The notes below the pieces were generated by a model, which saw only the letters and a program-made list of their open reading frames with translations, was not told the origin of the DNA and searched no databases. This document shows positions 27,032 through 37,128 of a stretch of DNA of 64,000 nucleotides, in pieces; position 1 is the first letter of the stretch, and each line of letters opens with the position of its first letter. A program made the position numbers and the translations under genes. The stretch comes from Thermoplasmata archaeon. Its GTDB lineage: Archaea > Thermoplasmatota > Thermoplasmata > Thermoplasmatales > ARK-15. The stretch spans positions 27,679 to 91,678 of the forward strand of contig JBAMMA010000006.1 of NCBI GenBank assembly GCA_039794005.1. The letters are read 5' to 3'.

Positions 27032-30000
27032 CTAAATTTCATAATACCTGTATGAAAACGCCTTTTTAACGCTATTTGATATTTCATCGAATATTTCTTT
27101 TAATGTTTCAATATAATCCCTCTTTCCACTTTCAATTTCATCAATTTCTTCGTACAACTTCGCTGTTCTGTTTTCACTTACAAGATGCGGATAATTGTTT
27201 ATTAGATATCCATAACCTTCTTCTCCCAGGGTTGTTGAATATAGATATTTAGACTTATCTTTTATAACATATTTCCTCGTCTCCAGGTTTGTGATTATCA
27301 TTGAATATGTGCTTGGTCTTCCCAATTTCTTGTTTTTCATATCCCTTACCAGTTCACCTTCCGTATAAGGATTTACTTCCGATATGTATATGTTCCACTT
27401 GGGCTGTAAAATACATTCCTTCATGCACATCCTTTTTACACTTTCACCCATTGATTCTTTTATGACTGAGGGTGTGTAAACAAACTTCTTTAAAATGTTC
27501 ATATCTATATCATCAAGTTTAACAGAAACAATTCTCTTTTCCATGTTCTTTATTTCTATGATTTTGCCGTTCAATTCACCCTCCAATATTATATTCTCCT
27601 CCTCATATTTCACATTGTCAATCTGTGATGTTATAAATCTTTTGAATATCATATTGTATAATAATAAATGGTCCTTTGTCAATCTGCCTTCAAATGATAT
27701 TTCACCAGATTCTATTGAATCTATGAGCATTTCGAGGTCTAGGGGTTTTGTTGGCCTGATGCATTCATGCGTACCGGATTCTCCCCAACTCCTTGGTTTG
27801 AAAAATTCAATATCATCTTTTCCAAATATCTGTTTAAAATACGATTTTGCAATCGATATGCCGTGCCGTGATACGTGGGTGGAATCGGTTCTATGGTATG
27901 TTATTAAACCTAGCTCAAAGAGATCCTGGGCCAGGTTCATGGTCTTTCCAACATCGAATTTTAATATATATGAGGCATCGGTTAAAAGCGTATCGGTGGT
28001 ATAAGGAGGCAATATTGCCATATCATTTATTTTATATTCTATGGACTTTAGCCTTGCTTTTATTGGCTCCGTAACCTGAGAATCAATTATAAACGATAAT
28101 TTTTCTATACCTTCTATCTTCAGTATTGTTGAAAGTCTTCTCATTTTATAATATTCTTTTGTCCTTTCTACAATCCATCCCAAGACCGGTGTTTGAACCC
28201 TTCCTGCGCTCAAATTCTTGTTTATTTTACAGTTTACCTTATCGCTTAGACCCACCTTCTTGCAATAGAATCTCCAAAATACAGTCTGCATTTTCCTTGA
28301 TAAAACAAACCCAACCCACCTGTCTTCAATCCTCCTTACTAGCTGGGCTTTGATCATATTCAAATCCATTTCCCTTGGGCTATTTATCGCCTTTAGTATG
28401 GCCTCTTTTGTCACCTCATGGAATTCCACCCTCTTTATGTTTCTGTTCATAGGCCTGATATTTAAAAATATGTCCCATGCAATCTTTTCGCCTTCAATAT
28501 CCGGATCTGTACCTATAAAAACCTCATCCACTTCAAATGCAAGCTTTCTTATATCTTCAATTGTATTAATTTTATCCATTACTATTTCTTCACCGCATTT
28601 TGGACACCTGTTTCTAATGGAATCTGTTACCTGATGGCCATTCTTACACCTCTTGATGGAATTGTAATATGGAATAAAATTGATTTCACCATCTTTTTCA
28701 ACCTTTTCAATTCCATAGAATCCCAATGGTCTGGTTGTAAGATCAAAAAGATGGCCCTGTGATGCAACGATCATCATTGTCATTTTACCAAGGAATGTTT
28801 CGTAAATCCTTATTCCGTTCATGTCAAAAAATCCAGGTTTTCCAAAAAATGATGATATTGTCCTTGCTTTAGTAGGAGATTCGACAACCATTAAAACATG
28901 TTTCATTTCCGATAATGATGATATTACATTTTTTTCAATGCCATCATTCATTATATCCCTATCTTTTTCAACCTCCCTTATGTTTAATTCCAAATTTTCA
29001 ATTCTCTCTTTTTCAAAATCTTTGAATTCTATATCGGGAATTGAAATTTTCAATTTATTCTCAAACTTTGAAAAGAGGGCATCGTTTTCATATAACACTA
29101 TAGATATCCCCTTTGTAAGTTGTCCTCTGAACAATCTTGAAGTTCTACCAGATGCATGAATATATGTTGTATGTGACGGTACCATGACCCAGCCATTCAT
29201 AATAACAAAGTTTGTCTGCTTATTCATATAATCTGTAAATTCGGGATCGTTTAGATATCTTTCAACGATCTCATATGCCTTTTTGATATCTTCATCAACA
29301 TTTTGTTCCTCAATCTTTTTCTGTAAAACAATCAATGCCCCTTGGCTCATGTTTTTTAACATCTTTTTCATCTTTTTTGATAATGAAGAAATCTCGGGAT
29401 CATTGCTTTTTCTGGCAATTAAATTTAATATTCTTACCATCTGCTGGAATGGTAGTATTTCACCTATCTTTATTGCAAATTTCGGAATACCATAAAAAAT
29501 GGAATACTTAATTCTCCATGGTATATCTATACCTCTTACCAAAAGACCATTATGACTCGACACTCCGACGAGAACATTCACTTTACCATTGATAAAATCT
29601 TCAATACCCTTAGAATTTTTGGAAGTAATGGCCAAAGATTTTATTCCATTTTTATTTAAATATTTTGATATTTCTTCAGCCTTTTCAATTCCATATTCCG
29701 GAGATACAAATATTATTATTCCATCCTTAAACATTTTAACCATATTTAATATTTTGTTCATGCCATCTTCCAGTTTAGCCTTATAATCTATGATATTTCT
29801 CAAAAATATTGAAACGCTACCGGGCCTGAAGCCTAAAACGGATGTGATCAATTTATTACCACCTGTCATTGTTGCGGATGAAAATATTATAATTTTATCC
29901 TTCAACTTTTTATTTTTAATTTCCTGCAGCTTTCTATACCTCTCAACATCATCTTGTTCCTTCAATATTTCCTGTATCCTTGAAATATCGTTTTCATCAA

Positions 30001-30700
30001 ATCCTATTACCTTCAATATGGAATATACACCCTTTTTTGTTTTTATCGCTGAATCAATATCATCAACAAAGATTAAATTGTATTCCAAAGAAGTTATTTT
30101 TTCAGCATTGTTCATTATATATCTTCCTGTAAAAACGGCAATATCAAAGTTTCCGGAATAAAAATTGTTCTCATTTTCTATTCTTTCAGCTTTTTTCATT
30201 CCTGAATGAACGGAGACTATTTTTGGATTTAAGCCCAATTTTTCAGCATATTCTTTTAAAATTTTTAATGATTGATCTAGCAATGTTCTTGTTTGAAATA
30301 TCAGTATAGATTTTTTACCTTTTGTAAAATAGTATAAAGAGGATATCAATCCAAAGGTAGTTTTACCAAAACCTGTAGGTGCTACAATTCCAAAACTTTG
30401 ACCTCTAGATAATCTGGATATCCAGGACCTTTGAATTCCTGAAGGAGAAAAACCTATTGAACCTTTAAACAGCTTTTCAAAATCTTTCAACATATTGATT
30501 GTATTTTCCATCCATTGCAAATTTTTCAGCTTACCTAAAAATTTCAAATTTTCAACCAATTCAATTGGACTACTGAATTCTTTATGACCTGATAGACACT
30601 CCTCACAAACAGAGCCATAAAATAGCCTTCGTGCATTAATATTTTTACCACAATTCGGACATGTATTAATAAACGTTGATTCTGGTATATAAGAATTCAT
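27032..30700 (-). CDS. rgy: reverse gyrase (SF2 helicase-like domain fused to type IA topoisomerase)
   Basis: 1222 aa. N-terminal Zn finger CPNCGK...CEECL. Walker A APTGFGKTTFG. DDID box. Toprim VMVVESPTKA...GTDPDIEGEKIAWD. Second Zn finger CKNGH...CPKCG. Active-site region LITYHRTDSTHVS. Confidence 0.95.
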   Translation of the reverse strand: MNSYIPESTFINTCPNCGKNINARRLFYGSVCEECLSGHKEFSSPIELVENLKFLGKLKNLQWMENTINMLKDFEKLFKGSIGFSPSGIQRSWISRLSRGQSFGIVAPTGFGKTTFGLISSLYYFTKGKKSILIFQTRTLLDQSLKILKEYAEKLGLNPKIVSVHSGMKKAERIENENNFYSGNFDIAVFTGRYIMNNAEKITSLEYNLIFVDDIDSAIKTKKGVYSILKVIGFDENDISRIQEILKEQDDVERYRKLQEIKNKKLKDKIIIFSSATMTGGNKLITSVLGFRPGSVSIFLRNIIDYKAKLEDGMNKILNMVKMFKDGIIIFVSPEYGIEKAEEISKYLNKNGIKSLAITSKNSKGIEDFINGKVNVLVGVSSHNGLLVRGIDIPWRIKYSIFYGIPKFAIKIGEILPFQQMVRILNLIARKSNDPEISSLSKKMKKMLKNMSQGALIVLQKKIEEQNVDEDIKKAYEIVERYLNDPEFTDYMNKQTNFVIMNGWVMVPSHTTYIHASGRTSRLFRGQLTKGISIVLYENDALFSKFENKLKISIPDIEFKDFEKERIENLELNIREVEKDRDIMNDGIEKNVISSLSEMKHVLMVVESPTKARTISSFFGKPGFFDMNGIRIYETFLGKMTMMIVASQGHLFDLTTRPLGFYGIEKVEKDGEINFIPYYNSIKRCKNGHQVTDSIRNRCPKCGEEIVMDKINTIEDIRKLAFEVDEVFIGTDPDIEGEKIAWDIFLNIRPMNRNIKRVEFHEVTKEAILKAINSPREMDLNMIKAQLVRRIEDRWVGFVLSRKMQTVFWRFYCKKVGLSDKVNCKINKNLSAGRVQTPVLGWIVERTKEYYKMRRLSTILKIEGIEKLSFIIDSQVTEPIKARLKSIEYKINDMAILPPYTTDTLLTDASYILKFDVGKTMNLAQDLFELGLITYHRTDSTHVSRHGISIAKSYFKQIFGKDDIEFFKPRSWGESGTHECIRPTKPLDLEMLIDSIESGEISFEGRLTKDHLLLYNMIFKRFITSQIDNVKYEEENIILEGELNGKIIEIKNMEKRIVSVKLDDIDMNILKKFVYTPSVIKESMGESVKRMCMKECILQPKWNIYISEVNPYTEGELVRDMKNKKLGRPSTYSMIITNLETRKYVIKDKSKYLYSTTLGEEGYGYLINNYPHLVSENRTAKLYEEIDEIESGKRDYIETLKEIFDEISNSVKKAFSYRYYEI

Positions 30701-30821
30701 GATTTATTTATTAAAATATACATTTAAAAAATATTCCATAATATTTTATATTTATTTGTTTAAATATTTTACATAAAAATATAAAAAATTTTTTTAAACA
30801 ATATTTTGGATATTTTTATCC

Positions 30822-32087
30822 ATGAGCATTTTGATTAAAAATGGATTTATCGTAACTCAAAATAAAAACAGAGATATATTTCTTGGGGATATTTATATTG
30901 AGGGAAATAGGATAGTGGAAATCGGAAAAAATCTATCCTATGAAGCAGAATACAGAATAGATGCCACAAACAATATAATAATCCCGGGGTTGATAAATAC
31001 TCACACCCATGTTGGAATGGGTGGATTTAGAGGATTGATTGAGGACATGCAGTTAGACGATTTTTTAAAAAAGACATTCGACCTGGACTCAAAAAGAACA
31101 GATGAGGACATATACCATTCATCCATGGTCTCCATTGCAGAGATGCTTAGAAATGGGATAACATCATTTTTGGATCTTTATTATTCTGAGGACATTATAG
31201 CAAAGGCCGTAAGGGATTCCGGCATTAGGGGATTTTTGTCTTGGGTCACACTTGATGAAAGGTATACAACGCAGAAGGGAAATCCCCTTAAAAATGCCGA
31301 GGATTTTATCATTAAATTCAAAGGTAATGAAAGGATCTATCCATCAGTTGGCTTTCAAGGCGTATACGTATGTTCTGATGAGACTTTAATGAAGGGAAAA
31401 GAAATCGCTGAAAGGCACAATACTTTAATGCACATGCATCTGAGCGAAACTAGAAAGGAGGTATACGATTTTCTAAAAAAGACAAATAAAAGACCCGTTG
31501 AGCATCTATATGACATTGGATTTTTAAATGACAGATTAATGGCAGTTCATACTGTATGGATTACGATAAGAGAAGTAAAATTCCTGAGTGAAAAGAGAGT
31601 TAATATATCCCACAATCCAGTTAGTAATATGAAACTTGGCACTGGTGGAGCTTCTCCTATTCCTGAATTGATTAAATACAATGCTAATGTAACACTTGGT
31701 ACTGATAGCAATACTACAAACAATAATCTTGACTTGTTCGATGTGATGAAAACCACAGGGCTTTTGCACAAAAATGAGAGATGGGACGCATCAATTTTAA
31801 AGGCCCAGGAAATTTTTGATATGGCCACAATAAATGCTGCAAAGGCCCTAAAGATGGAAAACCATTTGGGTTCCATAGAGGAGGGTAAAATGGCAGATAT
31901 TGCGATCATTGATCCATATCCAAATGGCATTCCGCTCAGAAAAGATTCTTTAATTCCAAATTTAGTCTATTCAATAAAAGGCCTTAACGTGACAAAAACT
32001 ATAGTTGATGGAAAAATCGTAATGGATAATGGAAAATTGACTTTATACGATATGGAAAAGACAATAAACTTCTTCAAAAATCTTTAA
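30822..32087 (+). CDS. amidohydrolase of the MtaD/DadD family (5'-methylthioadenosine/S-adenosylhomocysteine/5'-deoxyadenosine deaminase-like)
   Basis: PGLINTHTHVGM, HMHLSET, AVHTVW, TLGTDS. About 420 aa, typical of this chlorohydrolase/deaminase clade. Confidence 0.75.
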   Translation: MSILIKNGFIVTQNKNRDIFLGDIYIEGNRIVEIGKNLSYEAEYRIDATNNIIIPGLINTHTHVGMGGFRGLIEDMQLDDFLKKTFDLDSKRTDEDIYHSSMVSIAEMLRNGITSFLDLYYSEDIIAKAVRDSGIRGFLSWVTLDERYTTQKGNPLKNAEDFIIKFKGNERIYPSVGFQGVYVCSDETLMKGKEIAERHNTLMHMHLSETRKEVYDFLKKTNKRPVEHLYDIGFLNDRLMAVHTVWITIREVKFLSEKRVNISHNPVSNMKLGTGGASPIPELIKYNANVTLGTDSNTTNNNLDLFDVMKTTGLLHKNERWDASILKAQEIFDMATINAAKALKMENHLGSIEEGKMADIAIIDPYPNGIPLRKDSLIPNLVYSIKGLNVTKTIVDGKIVMDNGKLTLYDMEKTINFFKNL

Positions 32088-33279
32088 TCAACTTATAAAA
32101 AACCTTTGCATCGTTTACCATATTTTTTATAACGCAGTATTCATCTGGACTATGTTCAACAGGTTCTAAAGTTGCCCAGACGACAGCATGATAACCCCTT
32201 TTCCTCGCCATTGCCGCTACTGTTCCACCACCAATGCCTATCAATTTTGGTTCTACTTTCAGTACATCATTTATACTCTTTTTTAAATTTACAACCAATG
32301 GTGAACTCTCTGGCGTTTTTGGAGCAGGGTCGTTTCTCTGAACTGTTTCTAAGGTTATTTCTATTCCATACTTATTTTTGTATGATTCAACAATTTTTAT
32401 AATCGTATTTAAAACATCATCTATTTTATATTCTGGTAGGATCCTCATATCAAAATATACCTTTGCACTTCCAGGAATTGTATTGATATTTTGAACAGCG
32501 CTCGACATCATCGTAGGTTCAAATGTCGAATATGGGGGTATGAAAACATTATCATAGATATCGAAATTTTTGTGCAATTCCTTGTCTATTTCCATGGAAA
32601 TTTCAAATAAATATCTTGAGGAATTTTTTCCGAGATCTGGCCTTGATCCATGAGACTGTTTCCCAATGACCTTTATTCCTAGCCACAGTATGCCTTTTTC
32701 GGCAATCTCTATTTCATCCCCCTTTTCGTTACCGGCATCTGGAATTATAAAATAATCATCCTTACCAAATTCCTTATAATTTTCCATAACATATTCCATG
32801 CCATATTTTGAGCCAACCTCTTCATCGCTTAATGACATGAAACCTATGTTGTATTTTGGCCTGATCCCATTATCTATTATCGCCTTTATTGCAAAAAGGC
32901 CTGCCACCAAATCTTGACCGTTATCCTCTGTACCCCTTCCATATATCCTATCATTAACAACGGTGGCCTTGAATGGATCGTAATGCCATTGATTAATATC
33001 CCCTTCAGGAACTGTATCCATATGGGCTGCAATCCATATCGTCTTTTCCCTAATTTTACCATAATATTTTGCTATAATATTTGGCCTAGTGTAGTTTTTA
33101 TCATCTATTGCATTCAATTCTTTTATATAATCAAAACCCATGTTTTCAATGTAATTCTTTATAAATCTAGATCTTTCCCATTCACCATTTCCACCGAGAT
33201 CCGGGCTTATTGCCTTTATCGGTATCATTGATGTCATGAATTCTATCATCTCTTCTCTATAATCTTCAATTTCTTTCAT
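32074..33279 (-). CDS. M20-family metallohydrolase (ArgE/DapE/ACY1-like deacylase or peptidase)
   Basis: IAAHMDTVP, GRGTEDNGQ, SDEEVGS, and the dimerisation-domain segment KGILWLGIKVIGKQSHGS. Confidence 0.75.
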   Translation of the reverse strand: MKEIEDYREEMIEFMTSMIPIKAISPDLGGNGEWERSRFIKNYIENMGFDYIKELNAIDDKNYTRPNIIAKYYGKIREKTIWIAAHMDTVPEGDINQWHYDPFKATVVNDRIYGRGTEDNGQDLVAGLFAIKAIIDNGIRPKYNIGFMSLSDEEVGSKYGMEYVMENYKEFGKDDYFIIPDAGNEKGDEIEIAEKGILWLGIKVIGKQSHGSRPDLGKNSSRYLFEISMEIDKELHKNFDIYDNVFIPPYSTFEPTMMSSAVQNINTIPGSAKVYFDMRILPEYKIDDVLNTIIKIVESYKNKYGIEITLETVQRNDPAPKTPESSPLVVNLKKSINDVLKVEPKLIGIGGGTVAAMARKRGYHAVVWATLEPVEHSPDEYCVIKNMVNDAKVFYKLIKDF

Positions 33280-33460
33280 ACTTTACACCCTTTTCAGGTA
33301 ACAAAACTGGGATGCCATCAATGATTTCATAATATACATTACAACTTTCGCATAACAATTTTCCAGAAAAAATTTCATTATCCCTCCCAACACTTTCAAT
33401 AAGTGTGAGAGGGTTTTTGCACACAGGGCATACTATTATTTTTAACGTTTCACTTTTCAT
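33266..33460 (-). CDS. trm112: Trm112-family small zinc-ribbon protein (methyltransferase activator)
   Basis: LKIIVCPVCKNPL...LLCESCNVYYEIIDGIPVLLPE, 64 aa. Confidence 0.75.
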   Translation of the reverse strand: MKSETLKIIVCPVCKNPLTLIESVGRDNEIFSGKLLCESCNVYYEIIDGIPVLLPEKGVKYERN

Positions 33461-33808
33461 TTATATGCTGTATAACAAATATATTCCATATATTAACGAT
33501 ATTATTGCAATTACCCATAGTATACCATTGATGAGTGATTTTCTTTTTATGCCGAGATCGAATATTATTCCCCTTAGGCCATTAAGACCATGGTAAACAA
33601 CTGCCAATAAAAATCCAATGTAGAATGCTTTCCACCATGGGTTCTGTATTCTTTGCAAAATAGCCTGAATCGTCAATTCTATAGAACCTTCGACGTGCAT
33701 TATCCATAGATGAACGCCAAGGAAAAATACCATAAAAATTGCGGTAATTAATTGCAAAAGCCATGCCAGTGGCGCAATTGATCCTTTTATACTTTCCTGA
33801 TTTGTCAT
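33461..33808 (-). CDS. sdhD: succinate dehydrogenase membrane subunit D-like
   Basis: 115 aa, three TM helices. Immediately downstream of sdhC in the sdhABCD order. Confidence 0.6.
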   Translation of the reverse strand: MTNQESIKGSIAPLAWLLQLITAIFMVFFLGVHLWIMHVEGSIELTIQAILQRIQNPWWKAFYIGFLLAVVYHGLNGLRGIIFDLGIKRKSLINGILWVIAIISLIYGIYLLYSI

Positions 33809-33826
33809 TATATATCACCTCATTTT

Positions 33827-34237
33827 TTAAGAATGCAGGAATGCATCAACAACAACATAACTCAGCAGAATCCATCCTATTATGCCTAATGCCATCATTA
33901 TCCAGAAGAATAATTGTCTCTTCTTTGTTCCAATGCCAAACTCATTTATAACCAACCTAATACCATTTGCGCCATGATAAAATATCACGAGGAATAGCAA
34001 TATATCGAGTGCAACGAATGGAGGGCTTTCAACGGTTTTTAGGAAATTCTTGAAATTTGATCCTCCTGTTGATTGTGTCCCTATTAACTGTGATAATGCG
34101 GCGAAGTGGATATAAAGGTATAACAATATTACAAGACCCGTTAGCCTGTGGAAAAGGAATGCAATTCCATCGGATAAATGCCTTCCTTTCAATTTTATCC
34201 AATATAATGAATCCTTTAATGACATTTTATTCACCAC
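33827..34237 (-). CDS. sdhC: succinate dehydrogenase cytochrome b subunit C-like
   Basis: 136 aa, three TM helices with conserved His (FLFHRLTGLV...YHGANGIR). Overlaps the sdhB stop. Confidence 0.65.
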   Translation of the reverse strand: MVNKMSLKDSLYWIKLKGRHLSDGIAFLFHRLTGLVILLYLYIHFAALSQLIGTQSTGGSNFKNFLKTVESPPFVALDILLFLVIFYHGANGIRLVINEFGIGTKKRQLFFWIMMALGIIGWILLSYVVVDAFLHS

Positions 34238-34976
34238 CTTTTATGTGGAATATTCTCTTTAATTCATATGCTGCTGCCTGAACCTTTAGCTTTTGAATTG
34301 CGGTTGCAGGATCTATCTCCTTTGGACATGCATTGGAACATTCAGATGAGAAGTGGCATCTCCAACAACCCTCTGGGTCGCTCACTATCGCCAGCCTTAA
34401 ATTTTTACCCTGGTCCCTGCTATCTGCATTGAACCTGTATGCGGCAGTTAATGCAGCAGGGCCCAGATAATTCGGATCGCTATTTGATATTGGACATGCT
34501 GCTGTACATGCACCGCATTTTATACATAATGTTAAAATATAATATTTTTTCAATTCCTTTGGATATTGCAATAATTGACCTTCTGGATTGTCCTTCCTGA
34601 TCAAATATGGTTTAACATTTTCATGCTTCCTGAAAAATTCATCGAAATCAACAACAAGATCCCTAATCCATTTAAATGCGGCACCTTGTAAAGGTTCGAT
34701 TATGAACACCTTTTTGCCATTCTCAATTTTTGCGGGCTCAATCTTTGAAAATAATGTGGAACATGTGGTCCTTGGGAAATTATTTACCATCATTGCACAT
34801 GAACCGCAAACTTCCATACGGCATGATGCCCTGAAAGAGAGTGAATGGTCTATGTTATCCCTGACATAAAAAAGGCCGTCAAGTACCGTAGTGTCCTTTT
34901 CAATGGGGATTTCATAATCTTTATATTCCCAGTGTGATGGATCTCCCCTTTTTATCCTTAATATTATGTTCTCCAT
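34227..34976 (-). CDS. sdhB: succinate dehydrogenase/fumarate reductase iron-sulfur subunit
   Basis: [2Fe-2S] motif SCRMEVCGSCAMMVN. [4Fe-4S] CIKCGACTAACP. [3Fe-4S] CHFSSECSNACPKEI. Confidence 0.9.
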   Translation of the reverse strand: MENIILRIKRGDPSHWEYKDYEIPIEKDTTVLDGLFYVRDNIDHSLSFRASCRMEVCGSCAMMVNNFPRTTCSTLFSKIEPAKIENGKKVFIIEPLQGAAFKWIRDLVVDFDEFFRKHENVKPYLIRKDNPEGQLLQYPKELKKYYILTLCIKCGACTAACPISNSDPNYLGPAALTAAYRFNADSRDQGKNLRLAIVSDPEGCWRCHFSSECSNACPKEIDPATAIQKLKVQAAAYELKRIFHIKGGE

Positions 34977-34985
34977 ATTATCACC

Positions 34986-36689
34986 TCAATATTTCCTCTC
35001 TTCTGGCTGCCACTTCGTAACCCTTACAGGTATGTATGACAGTTCAATCTTTCCATCCCTCTTAATCGCTATGGTATGCTTCATCCAATTAACATCATCC
35101 CTCTTTGGATAATCGGTTCTATAATGAGCTCCTCTGCTCTCTTTTCTTGCGATTGCACCCAATATTACTACTTCCGCAACCTCCAACAAATTGCTCAATT
35201 CTAAATATGTTACCAAATTCATGTTGTAAAACATATTTTTATCTTCAACGTAAACGTTTTCAAACCTCTTTTGTAATTCCTTTACCTTTTGCAATGCATC
35301 TGTCAAATCCTTTTCATTCCTGAATATTCCAACCTTTTCTTGCATGGTGTTTTGCAGCTCCTTTCTAAGGCTTGCAACACTTTCAGAACCTCTCTCCTTG
35401 AAAGGTTCTTTGAATATTCTGTTTTCTTCTTCCTTTACCCTTTGCATGTTCAATTCTGGTATGTTTGAAACCTTCTGAACATATTTTGCAGCTGAAACAC
35501 CTGTTATATCTCCATATGCAAGGCACTCCGCCGTTGAATTTGATCCCAGCCTGTTTGCACCGTGTATGCTAACACATGCCGCCTCACCTGCGGCAAAAAT
35601 ACCTGGTATTGGAGACATTCCATCTATATCCACCTGGATACCACCCATTGTATAATGTGCCGCAGGCCTTACAGGTATTGGTTCTTTTGCAGGATCTATG
35701 CCATTAAACTTTATTGTCAAATCCCTTATGGCAGGCAATCTCTCCTTTATCTCTTCATCACCTAAATGCCTTAAGTCCAACAATACATATGGACCCCATG
35801 GGCCTTCGAATCCTCTTCCGGCCTGAATTTCCCACATGATTGACCTTGACACCACATCCCTCGGCGCAAGTTCCTTTTTCTGTGGAGCATACCTCTGCAT
35901 AAATCTTTCTCCATCCTTATTTATTAAATAACCGCCTTCTCCCCTGGCACCTTCTGTTATAAGAATACCAGAAGGAACAAGGCCTGTTGGATGGAATTGA
36001 ACAAATTCCATATCCTCCAGAAGCATTCCAGCCCTCAGTGCCATTGCAGCTCCATCACCTGTAACAGTATGTGAATAAGTTGTGAATGGGTACAACCTTC
36101 CAAGACCGCCTGTTGCTATAAGCAACCCTTTTCCCTGGAATATTTCATATTCACCTGTTTTCATGTTTATGGCAGTCAATGCATTAAATCTTCCATTATC
36201 AATGATTATTGATGTGGCAAAATATTCCTGAAACTTTTCAACACCATCATATGTCAAAAGCCTTTCATAAAGGGTATGCATAGCATGGAATCCTGTTCTG
36301 TCTGCAGCGTATGTTGCCCTTGGAAAACTGTGTCCACCAAAAGGCCTTTGTGCTATCTTTCCATCATCCCTTCTGCTCCATGGCATTCCCCAGTGGTCCA
36401 GATACAGAATTTCGTTTGGCATTGTTCTAACAAATCTTTCCACTGCGTCCTGATCTGCAAGGTAATCTGATCCCTTTATAGTATCGTATGCATGCAGATC
36501 GTAGCTATCCCCTTCATACAAAACTGCTGCAGTCCCGCCCTCTGCAGCCACAGAATGTGATCTTAGGAAGTATAACTTTGATACTATCGCTATGGTCAAA
36601 TTTTTATCCGTTTCCTTCGCAGAAATTGCAGCCCTGAGACCGGCCAAACCTGCACCCAATATGATTAAATCAGCTTTATGAACATTCAT
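34986..36689 (-). CDS. sdhA: succinate dehydrogenase/fumarate reductase flavoprotein subunit
   Basis: ADLIILGAGLAGLRAA, covalent-FAD His region RSHSVAAEGG, HPTG, GANRLGSNS, ESRGAHYR. Confidence 0.92.
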   Translation of the reverse strand: MNVHKADLIILGAGLAGLRAAISAKETDKNLTIAIVSKLYFLRSHSVAAEGGTAAVLYEGDSYDLHAYDTIKGSDYLADQDAVERFVRTMPNEILYLDHWGMPWSRRDDGKIAQRPFGGHSFPRATYAADRTGFHAMHTLYERLLTYDGVEKFQEYFATSIIIDNGRFNALTAINMKTGEYEIFQGKGLLIATGGLGRLYPFTTYSHTVTGDGAAMALRAGMLLEDMEFVQFHPTGLVPSGILITEGARGEGGYLINKDGERFMQRYAPQKKELAPRDVVSRSIMWEIQAGRGFEGPWGPYVLLDLRHLGDEEIKERLPAIRDLTIKFNGIDPAKEPIPVRPAAHYTMGGIQVDIDGMSPIPGIFAAGEAACVSIHGANRLGSNSTAECLAYGDITGVSAAKYVQKVSNIPELNMQRVKEEENRIFKEPFKERGSESVASLRKELQNTMQEKVGIFRNEKDLTDALQKVKELQKRFENVYVEDKNMFYNMNLVTYLELSNLLEVAEVVILGAIARKESRGAHYRTDYPKRDDVNWMKHTIAIKRDGKIELSYIPVRVTKWQPEERKY

Positions 36690-36962
36690 AATAATCGCCT
36701 TTTGAACATCTTAGATGTAATTATTATTGATATTTAAAATTCATGATTAAATAAAATTAAATATAATTTTTAAAATTTTAGTTTCCAAATATATTTATTT
36801 ATCCGTATCATCAATTTCTTATATTTTTAATTATTTTTATTAATTCATCTATTTCCTTGAAATATCCTTTTCATTCATTCTATCTGATTAATAAAATTAT
36901 CATATTATAAATTAGACTATGTAAATAACCTTGTTTTATTCCATTTTTTCTCTATTAAATTA

Positions 36963-36982
36963 TATATCATTGCAATGATATA
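36963..36982. repeat. perfect 20-bp palindrome TATATCATTG/CAATGATATA between tRNA-Thr and the sdh operon
   Basis: Read directly from the sequence. Lies 23-42 nt downstream of the tRNA-Thr 3' end and about 275 nt upstream of the sdhA start, all on the minus strand. Confidence 0.9.
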
Positions 36983-37004
36983 AAATGAATAAAAATTAAA
37001 TAGG

Positions 37005-37077
37005 AGCCACCGGAGGGAATTGAACCCCCGACCTGCTGATTACAAGTCAGCCGCTCTACCGACTGAGCTACGGTGGC
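37005..37077 (-). tRNA. tRNA-Thr (anticodon UGU)
   Basis: The reverse complement folds as a cloverleaf. Acceptor GCCACCG/CGGTGGC. D arm GCTC-AGTCGGTA-GAGC. Anticodon stem GCTGA/TCAGC with loop CTTGTAA. T arm GGGGG-TTCAATT-CCCTC. Discriminator U. Confidence 0.92.
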
Positions 37078-37128
37078 AGAAATCTATTATTTTGAATATA
37101 AAAGGCATTAATAAATTTATTGAAGTTT

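Noticed and set aside
26718-27055. Two track ORFs (104 aa on the minus strand, 60 aa on the plus strand) covering the GC-rich island.
   Set aside because: The region is the RNase P RNA gene (CR-I GAGGAAAGTCC, CR-V, P1 pairing). The ORF products are Arg/Pro/Cys/Gly-rich nonsense, unlike every real protein in this AT-rich genome.
33582-33818. 78-aa ORF in an alternative frame overlapping sdhD.
   Set aside because: The 115-aa frame (33461-33808) gives three clean TM helices and fits the sdhABCD order. The alternative frame has no membrane character.
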